A stretch of 64,000 bases of DNA from positions 104,834 to 168,833 of the forward strand of contig CAWJDH010000007.1 of assembly GCA_963841625.1 (NCBI GenBank), written 5' to 3'. The notes beneath the pieces are model-generated. The model saw only the letters and a program-made list of their open reading frames with translations. It ran no database searches and was not told the DNA's origin. The DNA comes from an uncultured Actinomycetota bacterium (GTDB taxonomy: Bacteria > Actinomycetota > Actinomycetes > Propionibacteriales > Nocardioidaceae). Within the stretch, counting starts at the first letter, position 1. Every line of letters begins with the position of its first letter. Below, one piece after another: positions 1 through 9,886 of this stretch. The translations under genes were made by a program, and so were the position numbers.

Positions 1-1
1 G

Positions 2-289
2 TTCGTGCTCGCGTTCGTGGTCGGCACCCGGAACCCGCACACCTCCGAGACGACCGCGTTCTGTGACACGACACATGAGTCGATCCGCTGTTAGCCCGAC
101 CACGACGAGCCGTACGTCGTCGTGCACGAAGACGGGCTCTGGCAAGACGCCAACCATGTCTGGCGCCGCGGTCGCCCCGACTGCCTGCAGGGCACGGGTG
201 ACGAGGTCGGTCCGGTTCGTCTGGGCGTCGTCGGAGGCAGTGACGACGGGATGGCGTGGGAGCAGGTCGTGTGGGTCGGCTGCCTGTGA
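2..289 (+). pseudogene. 3' part of a small membrane-anchored Cys-containing protein with an in-frame TAG
   Basis: Frame from base 2 reads FVLAFVVGTRNPHTSETTAFCDTTHESIRC*(TAG 92-94)PDHDEPYVVVHEDGLWQDANHVWRRGRPDCLQGTGDEVGPVRLGVVGGSDDGMAWEQVVWVGCL*(TGA 287-289); GC-rich third positions on both sides of the stop; 5' end lies outside the window. Confidence 0.5.
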
Positions 290-682
290 GAGGACCGAGC
301 GGTTGGTTTGGCGGCACGGTCCTGCCGAGGCAGCGTTCATTACTTCAGCCGCAGGACCAACGACCGTGTTGCCGCTCGACCTACTGCGGATCAACGAACT
401 GACCCATGGGTGGACCGGCGGAACGTCATACGTCCTGAGCGCTATAGCCGACGATCCGCATGACGTTGTGCCGTCAGTTCACGCGGCGTTGAGTGCGGCA
501 TCGCGTGACCGCTCATGCCTGCGATCCGCTCGCTCACAACGTACTGAGCGACGGGCTCCTCAGTGGCGCTGAGGTACGAGCCGAGAAGGTAGCCGTCGGA
601 CTCTCCTGCCGCGCCGGCTCGGACGCTTCGATGGCGGGCCGTCCAGGATTCCCCATTGCGCCTGATTGGTAGTTTCGTCGCG

Positions 683-1690
683 ATGCACTCACTCCAGGAC
701 GCGGTGGACGAGGCTGCGGAGCGCGCCGGGTTCTCCGGCGTCGTCCGTGTCGACCGCTTGGGCGAGGCCGAGGTGTCCGCGGCGTTCGGGCTGGCCGACA
801 GGGCCCACGGGATCTCCAACACGGTCGACACCCTGTTCGCGACCGCTAGTGGGTCGAAGGGGCTGACCGCGCTGGCGGTCATGGGCCTGGTCGAGCGAGG
901 GGCGCTCGAGCTGAGCACGACGGCGCGTTCGTTGCTCGGTGACGACCTGCCTCTGATCGCCGGCGAGGTGACGATCGAGCAATTGCTGGCACACCGGTCC
1001 GGGATCGGCGACTACCTCGACGAGGACGCCATCCACGACATCAGCGACTACGTGATGCCGGTGTCGGTGCACGAGCTCGCAACAACTGAGCAGTTCCTGC
1101 CGGTGCTGGACGGGTATGAGACCGTGTTCCCCGCCGGCGAGCGGTTCGCGTACAACAACGGCGGCTATGTCGTGCTCGCGTTGTTGGCCGAACGGGCGAG
1201 CGGGGTGGACTTTCACGATCTGGTTCGCACCCTGGTCTGCGAGCCGGCGGGCATGGTTGACACCACGTTCCTCCGCAGCGACGAGCTCCCCGGCCGCGCC
1301 GCTCTGGGCTACCTGTCGGACGACGGCCTGAGAACCAACGTGTTTCATCTCCCCGTGCTCGGCAATGGAGACGGAGGCATCTACTCGACCGCTGCTGACT
1401 TCAGCACCTTCTGGGATGCACTCTTCGCTGGCCGAATCGTCTCCTCGGAACGGGTCACCGAGATGTTGCGCCCGCACAGCAACTGGCCGGAGGAGTCCAA
1501 GCGGTACGGCCTCGGGTTCCACCTCCACGCGACGGGCGACGCGGTCTGGCTCGAGGGGTACGACGCCGGCGTCTCGTTCGCCAGCCTGCACCAGCCCTCG
1601 ACGTCGATCACCTACACAGTCATCTCCAACTGGTCACAGGGTGCCTGGCCGATCGTCCAGCTGCTCGACGAGCGGGTCGGCCTCCGATAA
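683..1690 (+). CDS. Serine hydrolase, beta-lactamase/PBP-like family
   Basis: SxxK (ASGSKG), LLAHRSG, YxN-like (FAYNNGGY), GDGGIYST motifs; ATG at 683 preferred over TTG at 656. Confidence 0.9.
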   Translation: MHSLQDAVDEAAERAGFSGVVRVDRLGEAEVSAAFGLADRAHGISNTVDTLFATASGSKGLTALAVMGLVERGALELSTTARSLLGDDLPLIAGEVTIEQLLAHRSGIGDYLDEDAIHDISDYVMPVSVHELATTEQFLPVLDGYETVFPAGERFAYNNGGYVVLALLAERASGVDFHDLVRTLVCEPAGMVDTTFLRSDELPGRAALGYLSDDGLRTNVFHLPVLGNGDGGIYSTAADFSTFWDALFAGRIVSSERVTEMLRPHSNWPEESKRYGLGFHLHATGDAVWLEGYDAGVSFASLHQPSTSITYTVISNWSQGAWPIVQLLDERVGLR

Positions 1691-1739
1691 CACCTGATCT
1701 GCCGCGACCCACTCCTCGCTCGTGCCGAGTTGCGGATCT

Positions 1740-1773
1740 CGCCACCGCCCCGCAAGGTGCGGGGTGGCTGGCG
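1740..1773 (+). terminator. GC-rich hairpin after the serine hydrolase
   Basis: CCGCCCCGCA-AGG-TGCGGGGTGG stem, extended by CGCCA/TGGCG. Confidence 0.45.
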
Positions 1774-1818
1774 GGATTCGCGCCGGAGTGAAGCTAGGGT
1801 CAGTCCGGTGAACCGCCG

Positions 1819-2058
1819 ATGAGCAAGATGGATGATCTGCGCGCCATGCGCGAGGCTCGTTATGAGGAAGGGGCGGCCCGGGCTGCCGCAAAGCCCCAGG
1901 CCGCGCGGAAACGGGCGGAGCGACCAGTTCCGAGAAGAGTCGAGGCCCGGCCTCCCGAAGCCGAGCCCGAGCTGCAGTTGTGCGGCCATCGCGCGATCAG
2001 CGGGCGCACCTGCACACGCGAACACGGACACGCGGCCAAGAGCCACCGCTACTCCTGA
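1819..2058 (+). CDS. Small basic hypothetical protein with a C-terminal Cys/His cluster
   Basis: 79 aa, ends LCGHRAISGRTCTREHGHAAKSHRYS; codon usage is coding-like. Confidence 0.65.
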   Translation: MSKMDDLRAMREARYEEGAARAAAKPQAARKRAERPVPRRVEARPPEAEPELQLCGHRAISGRTCTREHGHAAKSHRYS

Positions 2059-2187
2059 CCCGGCCCCATTGCAACCGCGGCGAACGTCCGCTGTGCCGCG
2101 ATCCGCTCGGAATGTCGACGACGGTCACGCCGATGAGCCGGCTGCTCGCCTGTTCACGTCCTTCGGCCTGCCGCCCTGGCTCGGGGG

Positions 2188-3042
2188 CTACGGGAGGAAC
2201 TCCCGCATCGCCGCGAGAACGTCGTCACGGTGGTCGAGGAACAGATAGTGGTTGCCGCGGATCTCGACGACTTGACCATGTGGCGTCTCCGCGGCGAAGC
2301 GGTCACGACAGGCGACCCGCCACGTCGCACCGCCCCCCTCCCACTGGTCCCCGACGGCATAGATGGCCAGCGCGGGTGCGGTGATGTCGGAGTACGGGTG
2401 TCGGAACGCGTTCAGGGCTTGGACGAACGGTGTGAAAGCCGCATTGGAGAGCTTGTCCACCACTGACCCGTCCGCATGCTTGTCCACGGAGGTGCGCAGC
2501 ATCGCGTCGAGGGCGGGCCCCCAGATGCCGTCGGGGAGCACGGAGCGGACGAAGTCGACGTAGTCTTCGTATGACGAGAACCGGTCCGGGCTCTCAGCCT
2601 CATCCGACCCCTCTGGTCTGTCGGCCCAGTCGTAGGCGCCGTCGAGGTAGACGACGCTGGCGACGCGTCCGGGATGGCGGGCGGCCAGGGCTGAGACCTC
2701 GCCCCCTCCCATCGAGTGCCCTACTGCGTGGGCACGCGCGATGCCCAGGGCGTCGAGCAGTCGTCGCGCGTCCTCGGCGCCGTCGGCGAGCGCGTGGCCG
2801 TCTTGAACCTGGTCGGTCAACCCGTGCCCGCGCCGGGTGAGGGCGAGCACCCGGAACCGGTCGCTCAAGTGCGGAGCCAGCTCCGCGAATACGTGTGCGG
2901 TGCAGCCCAGGCCGGCCAGCAGCAGCATGGGGTCTCCGTTGCCGTCCCAGTCCAGATAGTGGAAGCGGACACCGTCGAGGGTGACGAACTGGTCGGAGGG
3001 AATTTCGATGGGATCCGGCACCGAGTGACGGTACCGCCTCAA
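2188..3042 (-). CDS. Alpha/beta hydrolase
   Basis: RRGHG, nucleophile elbow GHSMGG, C-terminal catalytic His (GNHYLF); start may be GTG at 3021. Confidence 0.9.
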   Translation of the reverse strand: MRRYRHSVPDPIEIPSDQFVTLDGVRFHYLDWDGNGDPMLLLAGLGCTAHVFAELAPHLSDRFRVLALTRRGHGLTDQVQDGHALADGAEDARRLLDALGIARAHAVGHSMGGGEVSALAARHPGRVASVVYLDGAYDWADRPEGSDEAESPDRFSSYEDYVDFVRSVLPDGIWGPALDAMLRTSVDKHADGSVVDKLSNAAFTPFVQALNAFRHPYSDITAPALAIYAVGDQWEGGGATWRVACRDRFAAETPHGQVVEIRGNHYLFLDHRDDVLAAMREFLP

Positions 3043-3451
3043 GCCGGGGTCGTGGCCCGCGCTCAGAGCCGGGCACTCATCCCGACCACCGGATGTGAGC
3101 GCGGTCGATCTCCGACCCTCGGCATGGCTCAGGAACCTCTACCGGTGTGCACGTGCACTCTCAGCACGCTGGTCATCGGCACGAGCAGTGACCCAGCGGG
3201 ACGTGCGCCTGACGTCTGTTGCGACGCCCGGATCTGCCGCGAGCCCCTCGGTCGTGCTGCCAGCCCTGCACGGATACTTCTGACCAGAGCTCCGGATCGG
3301 AGAGCGTCTGGGCGGGGCTCCCGGTTAGTGAAGTCGCTACGGTCGCGTCCATGGAATCGCACGGTGCAACGCCAAGCCCCCGTTCGTCCTCGGCGATCCA
3401 TCGCTTCCCGGAGGCGCGCGGATCTGCCTGCGGGCCGCCGCCCGGCCGGAC

Positions 3452-3847
3452 TCACTCTTGGGGGCACCCTCCCGTTCGAGCCAAGCGCTCGCGACTCAGA
3501 TACCGAACCGGCTTGCCGAGCGACTCCGCGTAGGCAATCTCCCGTCGGGTTGACTCACCTACGTAGCCGCCCGGATCCACGATGTACACCTCGTCAGCCA
3601 TGCGAATCTTTTGGAAGTGCACGCCGCCGAGCCGCCCCTTCAGGTCCGAGCTGTCGGCCGTCCCGTCGTAGTCCGGCAGATCGGGGAGGCTGAACATTCC
3701 GAGGCTGATCACGACGCAACCTTCCATCGTGAGCCGCTGGTTGACCTCCGCGAACTCAGCCTCAAACTTGGTCGAGCCGCAGAGCGTGATGACTTTCGCC
3801 TCACGCTCGGCCGACTGCGGCGCCTGCTGGTCCTCCATGAGGTTCAT
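3452..3847 (-). CDS. Hypothetical protein, nucleoside 2-deoxyribosyltransferase-like/DUF4406-like fold
   Basis: VITLCGSTKF ... HFQKIRMADEVYIVDPGGYVGESTRREIAYAESLGKPVRY pattern; start uncertain (3874/3847/3838). Confidence 0.65.
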   Translation of the reverse strand: MNLMEDQQAPQSAEREAKVITLCGSTKFEAEFAEVNQRLTMEGCVVISLGMFSLPDLPDYDGTADSSDLKGRLGGVHFQKIRMADEVYIVDPGGYVGESTRREIAYAESLGKPVRYLSRERLARTGGCPQE

Positions 3848-4133
3848 GATCGGTGAACGGCAGGACGAGTCCATCGCCGCCCCCTGGACGTCCGCTCAAG
3901 CCGCTGAGCGGTTCCGGCGATGGGCCCGACCGCAGGCCTCGCACATGTGATGAACGCCCGGCGGCCGGTGAGTTGATCCCGCCTGAGCAGGTCAGTCACG
4001 GGCGCATCGTTCGCGATGAGCTCGATGCTCAGTGGCTCGTCGCCGGTTGCGACTCACCGCTCCCTTGCGAACTCGGGCCTGACCCGTCGCGAGGCAATGG
4101 AGGCCAGCCAGCTGCTTCCCAGGCCCATGGGAG

Positions 4134-4164
4134 TTGACTTCAAGTCAACTTGAAGTTGCACGCT
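4134..4164 (+). promoter_or_regulatory. MerR/SoxR-type promoter-operator
   Basis: -35 TTGACT (4134-4139); perfect 9-bp inverted repeat ACTTCAAGT-CA-ACTTGAAGT (4137-4156); 19-bp spacer to -10-like CACGCT (4159-4164); 15/18 match to the SoxR box CCTCAAGTTAACTTGAGG. Confidence 0.75.
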
Positions 4165-4170
4165 CCTGAC

Positions 4171-4887
4171 ATGAAGCATCACGAGCAGTCAGTCAAGGTC
4201 GCCGTGATCACCGGCGCCTCCGAGGGCTTGGGTGCGGCGATCGCGCGAGAGCTGGACCGGCACGGGTGGGTACTGGTCCTCGACGCCCGCGACGCCGCCC
4301 GCCTGGACGCGTCCGTGCAGGGGCTGGACCGCGCACACCCGATCCCAGGTGACGTCACGGATGCGGAACACCGCGCTGAGCTGGCGGCCCAGGCCGACGA
4401 GCTGGGGGGTGCCAGCCTGCTGGTCAACAACGCCAGCACCCTCGGCGCAAGCCCCCAACCCACCGTCGCCGACCTCTCGCCCGAGGTCCTCGAAGCGGTC
4501 TTCCGCACCAACCTGCACGCGCCGGTGGAGCTGGTCCGGCAGCTGCTGCCGCAGCTGCGCACGACCGGCGGCACGGTGCTCAACATCAGCTCCGACGCTG
4601 CCGTCGAGGGCTATCCGGGCTGGGGCGCGTACGGCGCCTCCAAGGCCGCCCTCGACCAGGTGAGCCGGGTCCTGGCGGCCGAGGAGCCCGGCCTGCGCGT
4701 GTATGCCGTCGACCCCGGCGACATGCGGACCCGGATGCACCAGGACGCGTTCCCCGGCGAGGACATCTCCGACCGGCCACCCCCCGACGTCGTCGTACCC
4801 CACCTGCTGGCACTCCTCACGAGCGACCTCCCCAGCGGGCGCTACCGAGCCTCCGAGATCGCGGTACCTGCCGGGGCGGGCCGATGA
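4171..4887 (+). CDS. Short-chain dehydrogenase/reductase (SDR)
   Basis: TGASEGLG, LVNNAS, ISS, YGASK motifs; ATG lies 6 nt after the -10 element. Confidence 0.92.
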   Translation: MKHHEQSVKVAVITGASEGLGAAIARELDRHGWVLVLDARDAARLDASVQGLDRAHPIPGDVTDAEHRAELAAQADELGGASLLVNNASTLGASPQPTVADLSPEVLEAVFRTNLHAPVELVRQLLPQLRTTGGTVLNISSDAAVEGYPGWGAYGASKAALDQVSRVLAAEEPGLRVYAVDPGDMRTRMHQDAFPGEDISDRPPPDVVVPHLLALLTSDLPSGRYRASEIAVPAGAGR

Positions 4888-5925
4888 CCGGATCGACGGC
4901 GTTCGAGCCCACTCCCGACCCGAGTGCCGGCACCGAGGCCACCACCACGCCCGAGTCCCGCGGTCTCGCTCGCGACGGGGTGCAGATGCTGGTCGCGCGG
5001 CCGGCGCTGCTCGCCCATCGCCGGGTCATCGACCTCCCCGACGAGCTGGGTGCCGGCGACCTGCTGGTGGTCAACACCTCGGGGACCCTTCCCGCTGCCG
5101 TCGACCTCGACAGGGAACATGCCGGCCAGGCCGTGCACGTCTCCACACAGCTCGACGACGGCGCCTGGGTGGTGGAGGTACGTCGTGCCGACGGAACCGG
5201 ACCCGCCGGCGTCACCGAGGGCGAGGTCCTGCGTCTGCCCGGTGGGCTCCGGCTCCGGGTGACCGGGGCGCACCCGCCCGGACAGCAACGGCTGTGGCGG
5301 GCGGTGCCCTCGCCATGGCACGACACCGCTGACTACCTGACCGAGCACGGGCGCCCGATCGGCTACCGCTACCTGGACTCGCCCGTGCCGCTGGCCGACC
5401 TGCAGAACGTCTACGCCGACCGGGCCGGCAGTGCGGAGATGCCCAGCGCCGGCCGACCGCTCACCGAACGGGTGCTGGTGCGACTGGTCAGTCGGGGTGT
5501 CGTGGTCGTCCCAGTCGTGCTCGACACCGGCGTCTCCAGCCAGGAGGCGCACGAGCCGCCGCAGCCCGAGCGGTTCACCGTCCCCGACGTCACCGCCCGA
5601 CTGGTCAACGAGACCCACCGGGTGGGACGCCGGGTGGTCGCCGTCGGAACCACGGTGGTGCGTGCCCTCGAGACGGTGGCCGACCGCAACGGTCGCGTGC
5701 ACCCCGCGACGGGCTGGACCAGCCTGGTCCTCGGGCCGGAGCGGCCGGCCCGAACGGTGGACGGGCTCCTCACCGGTCTGCACGATCCACACGCCAGCCA
5801 CCTCGACCTGGTCGAGGCGGTGGCCGGCGCCCCGCTGGTGCGTGACGGCCTACGCGGCCGCCACCACGTCGCCGACGGCGTACCTGTGGCACGAGCTCGG
5901 CGACACGATGCTGTTCCTGCCCTGA
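4884..5925 (+). CDS. QueA-like protein (SAM:tRNA ribosyltransferase-isomerase fold, divergent subfamily); one frameshift near 5843-5850
   Basis: GDLLVVNTS, LQNVYA, GSAEMPSAGRPLT, VAVGTTVVRALET, DGLLTGLHDP; the true C-terminus AYAAA...YLWHELGDTMLFLP* is in another frame ending at 5925; ATGA overlap with the SDR. Confidence 0.85.
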
Positions 5926-5998
5926 CCTCGCCGCGAAGGGCCCCGCCGACGGAGCGAGGATGGCCTGTCGCCTGCTCGGCCACACAGGTGGGGGCTGG

Positions 5999-6973
5999 TC
6001 AGCCGGCAGCCATCGCCGGGACGACTGCCGCCCCGGCCGCCGGCGTCAGCCAGACCTTGACGTGCTCCTCGAGCCCGATCGCCTGCGCGTGAGTTCGGGT
6101 GAGCACGACGGTGACCTCGTCCCCCGCCTCGGTCATCACGGTCGCGCGCACCTCGAAGCCGACCCGCAGCACCCGGAGGACGTAGCCCGGCGTGGCTCCG
6201 GCCAGCCCGGGCACCGCCGAGATCTCGATGTCGTGCGGCCGGATGTTGATCCCGTTGAGCCTGGTGACCTCGCCCAGGAACCCCATCACGAAGTCGCTGG
6301 CCGGCTCGTCGTACAGCTCTTCGGGGCTGCCGATCTGCTCGACCCGGCCGTCGTTGATCACGACGATCTCGTCGGCGACCTCGAGGGCCTCCTCCTGGTC
6401 GTGGGTGACGAACACCGTCGTCACGTGCACCTCGTCGTGCAGCCGCCGCAGCCAGTCGCGCAGCTCCTTGCGGACCTTGGCGTCGAGTGCGCCGAACGGC
6501 TCGTCGAGCAGCAGCACGGTCGGCTCGACGGCGAGCGCCCGGGCCAGCGCCATCCGCTGACGCTGTCCACCGGAGAGCTGGGAGGGCATCCGGTCGGCGA
6601 ACTGCGACAGGTGCACCAGCTTGAGCAGCTCGTCGACCCGCTCGGCCACCTCGGCCTTGGACTTCTTCCGGATCTCCAGGCCGAAGGCGACGTTCTTGGC
6701 CACCGACATGTGCTTGAACACCGCGTAGTGCTGGAAGACGAAGCCGACGTTGCGCTTGCGCGGGGGGAGCTTCGTGGCGTCGACGCCTTCGATCCCGATC
6801 GTGCCCGAGTCAGCGGACTCGAGCCCCGCGATGATCCGCAGCAGGGTCGACTTGCCGCCACCGGAGGGCCCGAGGAGCGCGGTGAGCTGCCCGGTCGGGA
6901 TGGTGACGCTGACGTCGTCGAGGGCGACGAAGTCGCCGAACGACTTGGTGACGTTGGAGATCTGGATGCTCAT
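5999..6973 (-). CDS. cysA: Sulfate ABC transporter ATP-binding protein
   Basis: [35 protein letters not shown]; start MSIQISNV overlaps the cysW stop. Confidence 0.92.
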   Translation of the reverse strand: MSIQISNVTKSFGDFVALDDVSVTIPTGQLTALLGPSGGGKSTLLRIIAGLESADSGTIGIEGVDATKLPPRKRNVGFVFQHYAVFKHMSVAKNVAFGLEIRKKSKAEVAERVDELLKLVHLSQFADRMPSQLSGGQRQRMALARALAVEPTVLLLDEPFGALDAKVRKELRDWLRRLHDEVHVTTVFVTHDQEEALEVADEIVVINDGRVEQIGSPEELYDEPASDFVMGFLGEVTRLNGINIRPHDIEISAVPGLAGATPGYVLRVLRVGFEVRATVMTEAGDEVTVVLTRTHAQAIGLEEHVKVWLTPAAGAAVVPAMAAG

Positions 6974-7779
6974 GCGTGTTCCTTCGGTCGCAGGAGGGAG
7001 ACGACCACGATGCAGAGCACGCTCGCGGCCGCCAGGAGGAAGGAGGTCGCGTAGGCGGCCTCCTGATCGAAGTTCTGGTACTTCTGCTCGACGATCAGCG
7101 TCGCTGTCTGGGTCTGGCCGGTGAAGTTGCCGGACACGATCTTCACGGCGCCGAACTCCCCCAGGGAGCGCGCCAGCGAAAGGACCACGCCGTAGACGAC
7201 GGCCCACTTGATGCTGGGCAGCGTGATCCTGAGGAAGGTCTGCCGGGCGTTGGCCCCGAGGCTGCGGGCCGCCTGCTCCTGGTCGTCGCCGACCTCGGTC
7301 AGGACCGGCACGACCTCGCGGATGACGAGTGGGAGGGCCACGAAGCAGGTCGCCATGATCATGCCCGGCGTGCTGAAGATGACCTGGTAGCCGGCCGACT
7401 CCAGGGCCGGACCGAACCAGCCGGTGCGCCCGTTGTAGACCAGCAGCAGGGCGAGACCCACGACCACCGGCGAGACCGAGAGCGGCACGTCGATCAGCGC
7501 CGAGAGCACCCGCTTCCCGGGGAACTCGTATCGCACCAGCAACATGGAGATGGTCACGCCGAACGCCAGGTTGATCACCACGGCCCAGAACGCGACCTCT
7601 GCCGTGAGGAGCAGGGCACTCTGGACGGATGGGTCCTTCAGCGTGTCCGTGAGTGTGGTCAGGCCGTCCGCGAAGGTCTCCACGACGATGTAGGAGACCG
7701 GCCAGGCCACGAGGAAGAACACGTATCCGACGGCCACCAGCCGCAGGAGCCACTTGACGGGGGTCGCTACATCAACCAC
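6970..7779 (-). CDS. cysW: Sulfate ABC transporter permease
   Basis: [26 protein letters not shown]-like loop. Confidence 0.92.
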   Translation of the reverse strand: MVDVATPVKWLLRLVAVGYVFFLVAWPVSYIVVETFADGLTTLTDTLKDPSVQSALLLTAEVAFWAVVINLAFGVTISMLLVRYEFPGKRVLSALIDVPLSVSPVVVGLALLLVYNGRTGWFGPALESAGYQVIFSTPGMIMATCFVALPLVIREVVPVLTEVGDDQEQAARSLGANARQTFLRITLPSIKWAVVYGVVLSLARSLGEFGAVKIVSGNFTGQTQTATLIVEQKYQNFDQEAAYATSFLLAAASVLCIVVVSLLRPKEHA

Positions 7780-8638
7780 GACGGGCCACCCTTCTCTGGA
7801 CCACGTCCAGGACGACGATCACGACGAGCGCGATCGCGAGCATCAACGAGGCCACCGATGCTGCGGCGGCGGCGTTGCCGCCCTCGATGAACGAGACGAC
7901 CCGGACCGAGACCACCTCCGTGCGGAACGGCAGGTTTCCGCTGAGCAGCACCAGCGAGCCGTACTCGGAGATGGCGCGTGCGAACGAAAGCGCAGCGCCG
8001 GCCGCGATCGCCGGGAACAGGCTCGGCAGGATGATCCGGCGGAACACCGTCAACCGGTTCGCGCCGAGCGAGGACGCGGCTTCCTCGACGTCGTGCTCGA
8101 GCTCCTCCAGCACCGGCTGCACCGTGCGCACGATGAAGGGGAGCGTGACGAACGCCAGCGCCAGGAAGACGGCCTTCTCGGTGTTGGCCCAGTCGACCCC
8201 GAGCGGGCTTCCCTTGCCGTACAGCGACAGGAGTACCAGGCCGGCCACGATGGTCGGGAGCGCGAACGGGATGTCGATCACGACGTCCAGCGCACGCTTG
8301 CCCCAGAAGCGGTCCCGCACCAGCACCCAGGCGATGACCGTGCCGACGACAACGTTGACCACCGTCACCAGCACCGAGGTGAGGACCGTCAGCTTGATCG
8401 CGGCCCACGTCTGGGGGTTGGTCAGCGTCGCGACGTACGCGTCCCAGCCCCCACCCGCGGCGGTCACCACGATCGCGGCGAGCGGGATCAGGACGAGAAG
8501 GCTGAACCAGGTGACCGAGATCCCGAGCGCCAGCGAGGAGCCGCGGGTCAGGTTCGTCGGGGTGTGTCCACGCGAGCCGCGGCCCGGCCGGCGCGGTTGC
8601 GCCGGCCGGGCCGAGACGTCAGCAACAGCAGTCGTCAC
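7772..8638 (-). CDS. cysT: Sulfate ABC transporter permease
   Basis: DIPFALPTIVAG, VRTVQPVLEE, EEAASSLGA, ARAISEYGS. Confidence 0.92.
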   Translation of the reverse strand: MTTAVADVSARPAQPRRPGRGSRGHTPTNLTRGSSLALGISVTWFSLLVLIPLAAIVVTAAGGGWDAYVATLTNPQTWAAIKLTVLTSVLVTVVNVVVGTVIAWVLVRDRFWGKRALDVVIDIPFALPTIVAGLVLLSLYGKGSPLGVDWANTEKAVFLALAFVTLPFIVRTVQPVLEELEHDVEEAASSLGANRLTVFRRIILPSLFPAIAAGAALSFARAISEYGSLVLLSGNLPFRTEVVSVRVVSFIEGGNAAAAASVASLMLAIALVVIVVLDVVQRRVARRG

Positions 8639-9663
8639 TCTTCGCCCTCGGTCCCCGTCTTCGCCTGGAGCTTCGGGATGATGCCCTCGGCGTCGTCGAA
8701 GAACTTCGCGTCGGCCTCAGCCCAACCACCGAAGTCGCCGTCGATCGTGTACAGCGTGCTCGGAGTCGGGAACGGGTCAGAGGGGTCGTTGGCTCCTTCG
8801 ACCTCGGGCAGATCGACGCCGTCCACGACCGGCCGGAAGCCGGACTGGGCGTAGTCCGCCTGCGCCTCGGGGGTGGTGAGGAAGTCGAGGAACGCCTGCG
8901 CGGGGTCGGGGGCGTCGCTCGTGACGGCGGCGGGGTTCTCGATCAGCAGGGTGTCGTCCGGAACGACGTAGTCGAAGGGCTCGCCGTTCTGACGAGCCAG
9001 GATCGCCTCGTTCTCGTAGGAGAGCAGCACGTCACCGTTGCCCTCGGAGAACGCCGTGGTCGCGTCCCGGCCGGACGCCGGGAGGGCGATGGTGTTCTGG
9101 AGAAGCTGGGTGAAGAACTTCTCCGCCTCGGCGTCGCTTCCGCCCGCCCCGGTGACGTGGGCCCAGGCTGCGAGCATGTTCCACTTCGCCGAACCGGAGG
9201 AGGCCGGGTTGGGGGTGATGATCTCCACGCCGGGCTTGACCAGGTCGTCCCAGCCCTGGATGTCCTCCGGGTTGCCCTCGCGGACCACGAAGGAGACGAC
9301 CGAGGACGTGGCGATGCCCTTGGTCTCGTTGTCCTTCCAGTCCTTGGAGACCAGGCCGGCGTCCACGAGCCGCTGCATGTCGGGCTCGAGGGAGAAGTGC
9401 ACGACGTCGGCGTCGAGTCCGCCCTCGACCGCGCGGCTCTGGTCGCCCGAGGCGCCATACGAGGTCTGGAAGGTAACGCCTTCACCCTCGGAGGTGCCCT
9501 CGAACTCCTCGAAAACGGGCACGTTGGCCGCCTCGAGCACCGAGTAACCGACCAGGCTGAGCCGGTCGCCGCCGGTGGCGCCGCCGCTGGCGCCCGAGCA
9601 CGCGGTCAGGGCGAGAACGCCGGTCAGCGATGCCGCCAGTGCGGCCTTGATCTTGGGAGTCAT
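8635..9663 (-). CDS. sbp: Sulfate-binding lipoprotein
   Basis: Lipobox LTAC, SYGASGDQSRAV, TPNPASSGSAKWN, YENEA; start 9663 or 9669. Confidence 0.9.
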   Translation of the reverse strand: MTPKIKAALAASLTGVLALTACSGASGGATGGDRLSLVGYSVLEAANVPVFEEFEGTSEGEGVTFQTSYGASGDQSRAVEGGLDADVVHFSLEPDMQRLVDAGLVSKDWKDNETKGIATSSVVSFVVREGNPEDIQGWDDLVKPGVEIITPNPASSGSAKWNMLAAWAHVTGAGGSDAEAEKFFTQLLQNTIALPASGRDATTAFSEGNGDVLLSYENEAILARQNGEPFDYVVPDDTLLIENPAAVTSDAPDPAQAFLDFLTTPEAQADYAQSGFRPVVDGVDLPEVEGANDPSDPFPTPSTLYTIDGDFGGWAEADAKFFDDAEGIIPKLQAKTGTEGEE

Positions 9664-9866
9664 TTCCATCTCTCTCTGTTGCGCACGCTGCCCCGAGAAG
9701 GTGCGTATCTGACTATTGACGAGCAGAGTAGTGGACTTTAGCGACTTAGGCAGAATCTTCCACATCGTGGCGTGTCTCACCCCCGTCCACATCCGGGACG
9801 ATGCACGCCAGGTTGAGGCGCGGGACTATCGTGGGAAAGTCGTGGCAAGGACCGATGTCCGCGCGA

Positions 9867-9886
9867 AACTGGAACGCGTTTCAGTT
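9867..9886. promoter_or_regulatory. Palindromic operator matching the KstR consensus, upstream of korA
   Basis: AACTGGAACGCGTTTCAGTT; core TGGAACGCGTTTCA (9870-9883) fits TnnAACnnGTTnnA; -10-like TATCAT at 9902-9907. Confidence 0.55.

Noticed and set aside
92-94. Pyrrolysine or stop-codon recoding
   Set aside because: TAG serves as a normal stop elsewhere (korB, menG, MCO) and no pyl genes are visible
656-1690. Bona fide beta-lactam resistance gene
   Set aside because: No signal peptide and no KTG/HTG triad (LEGYD instead); a generic serine hydrolase is more likely
2188-3042. Alpha/beta hydrolase as MenH
   Set aside because: Far from the men genes, and GHSMGG is generic; MenH typically has GYS[LM]GGR
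290-4130. Prophage or IS remnants in the non-coding gaps of the first 4 kb
   Set aside because: No integrase, transposase or phage motifs and no terminal repeats recognised; short fragments could not be assigned
5840-5855. Programmed frameshift in the queA-like gene
   Set aside because: No slippery sequence; one extra base restores the frame, consistent with indels elsewhere in the window
9670-9860. SAM or other riboswitch upstream of the sulfate transporter
   Set aside because: No recognisable riboswitch consensus by eye; an Rfam/Infernal scan would be needed
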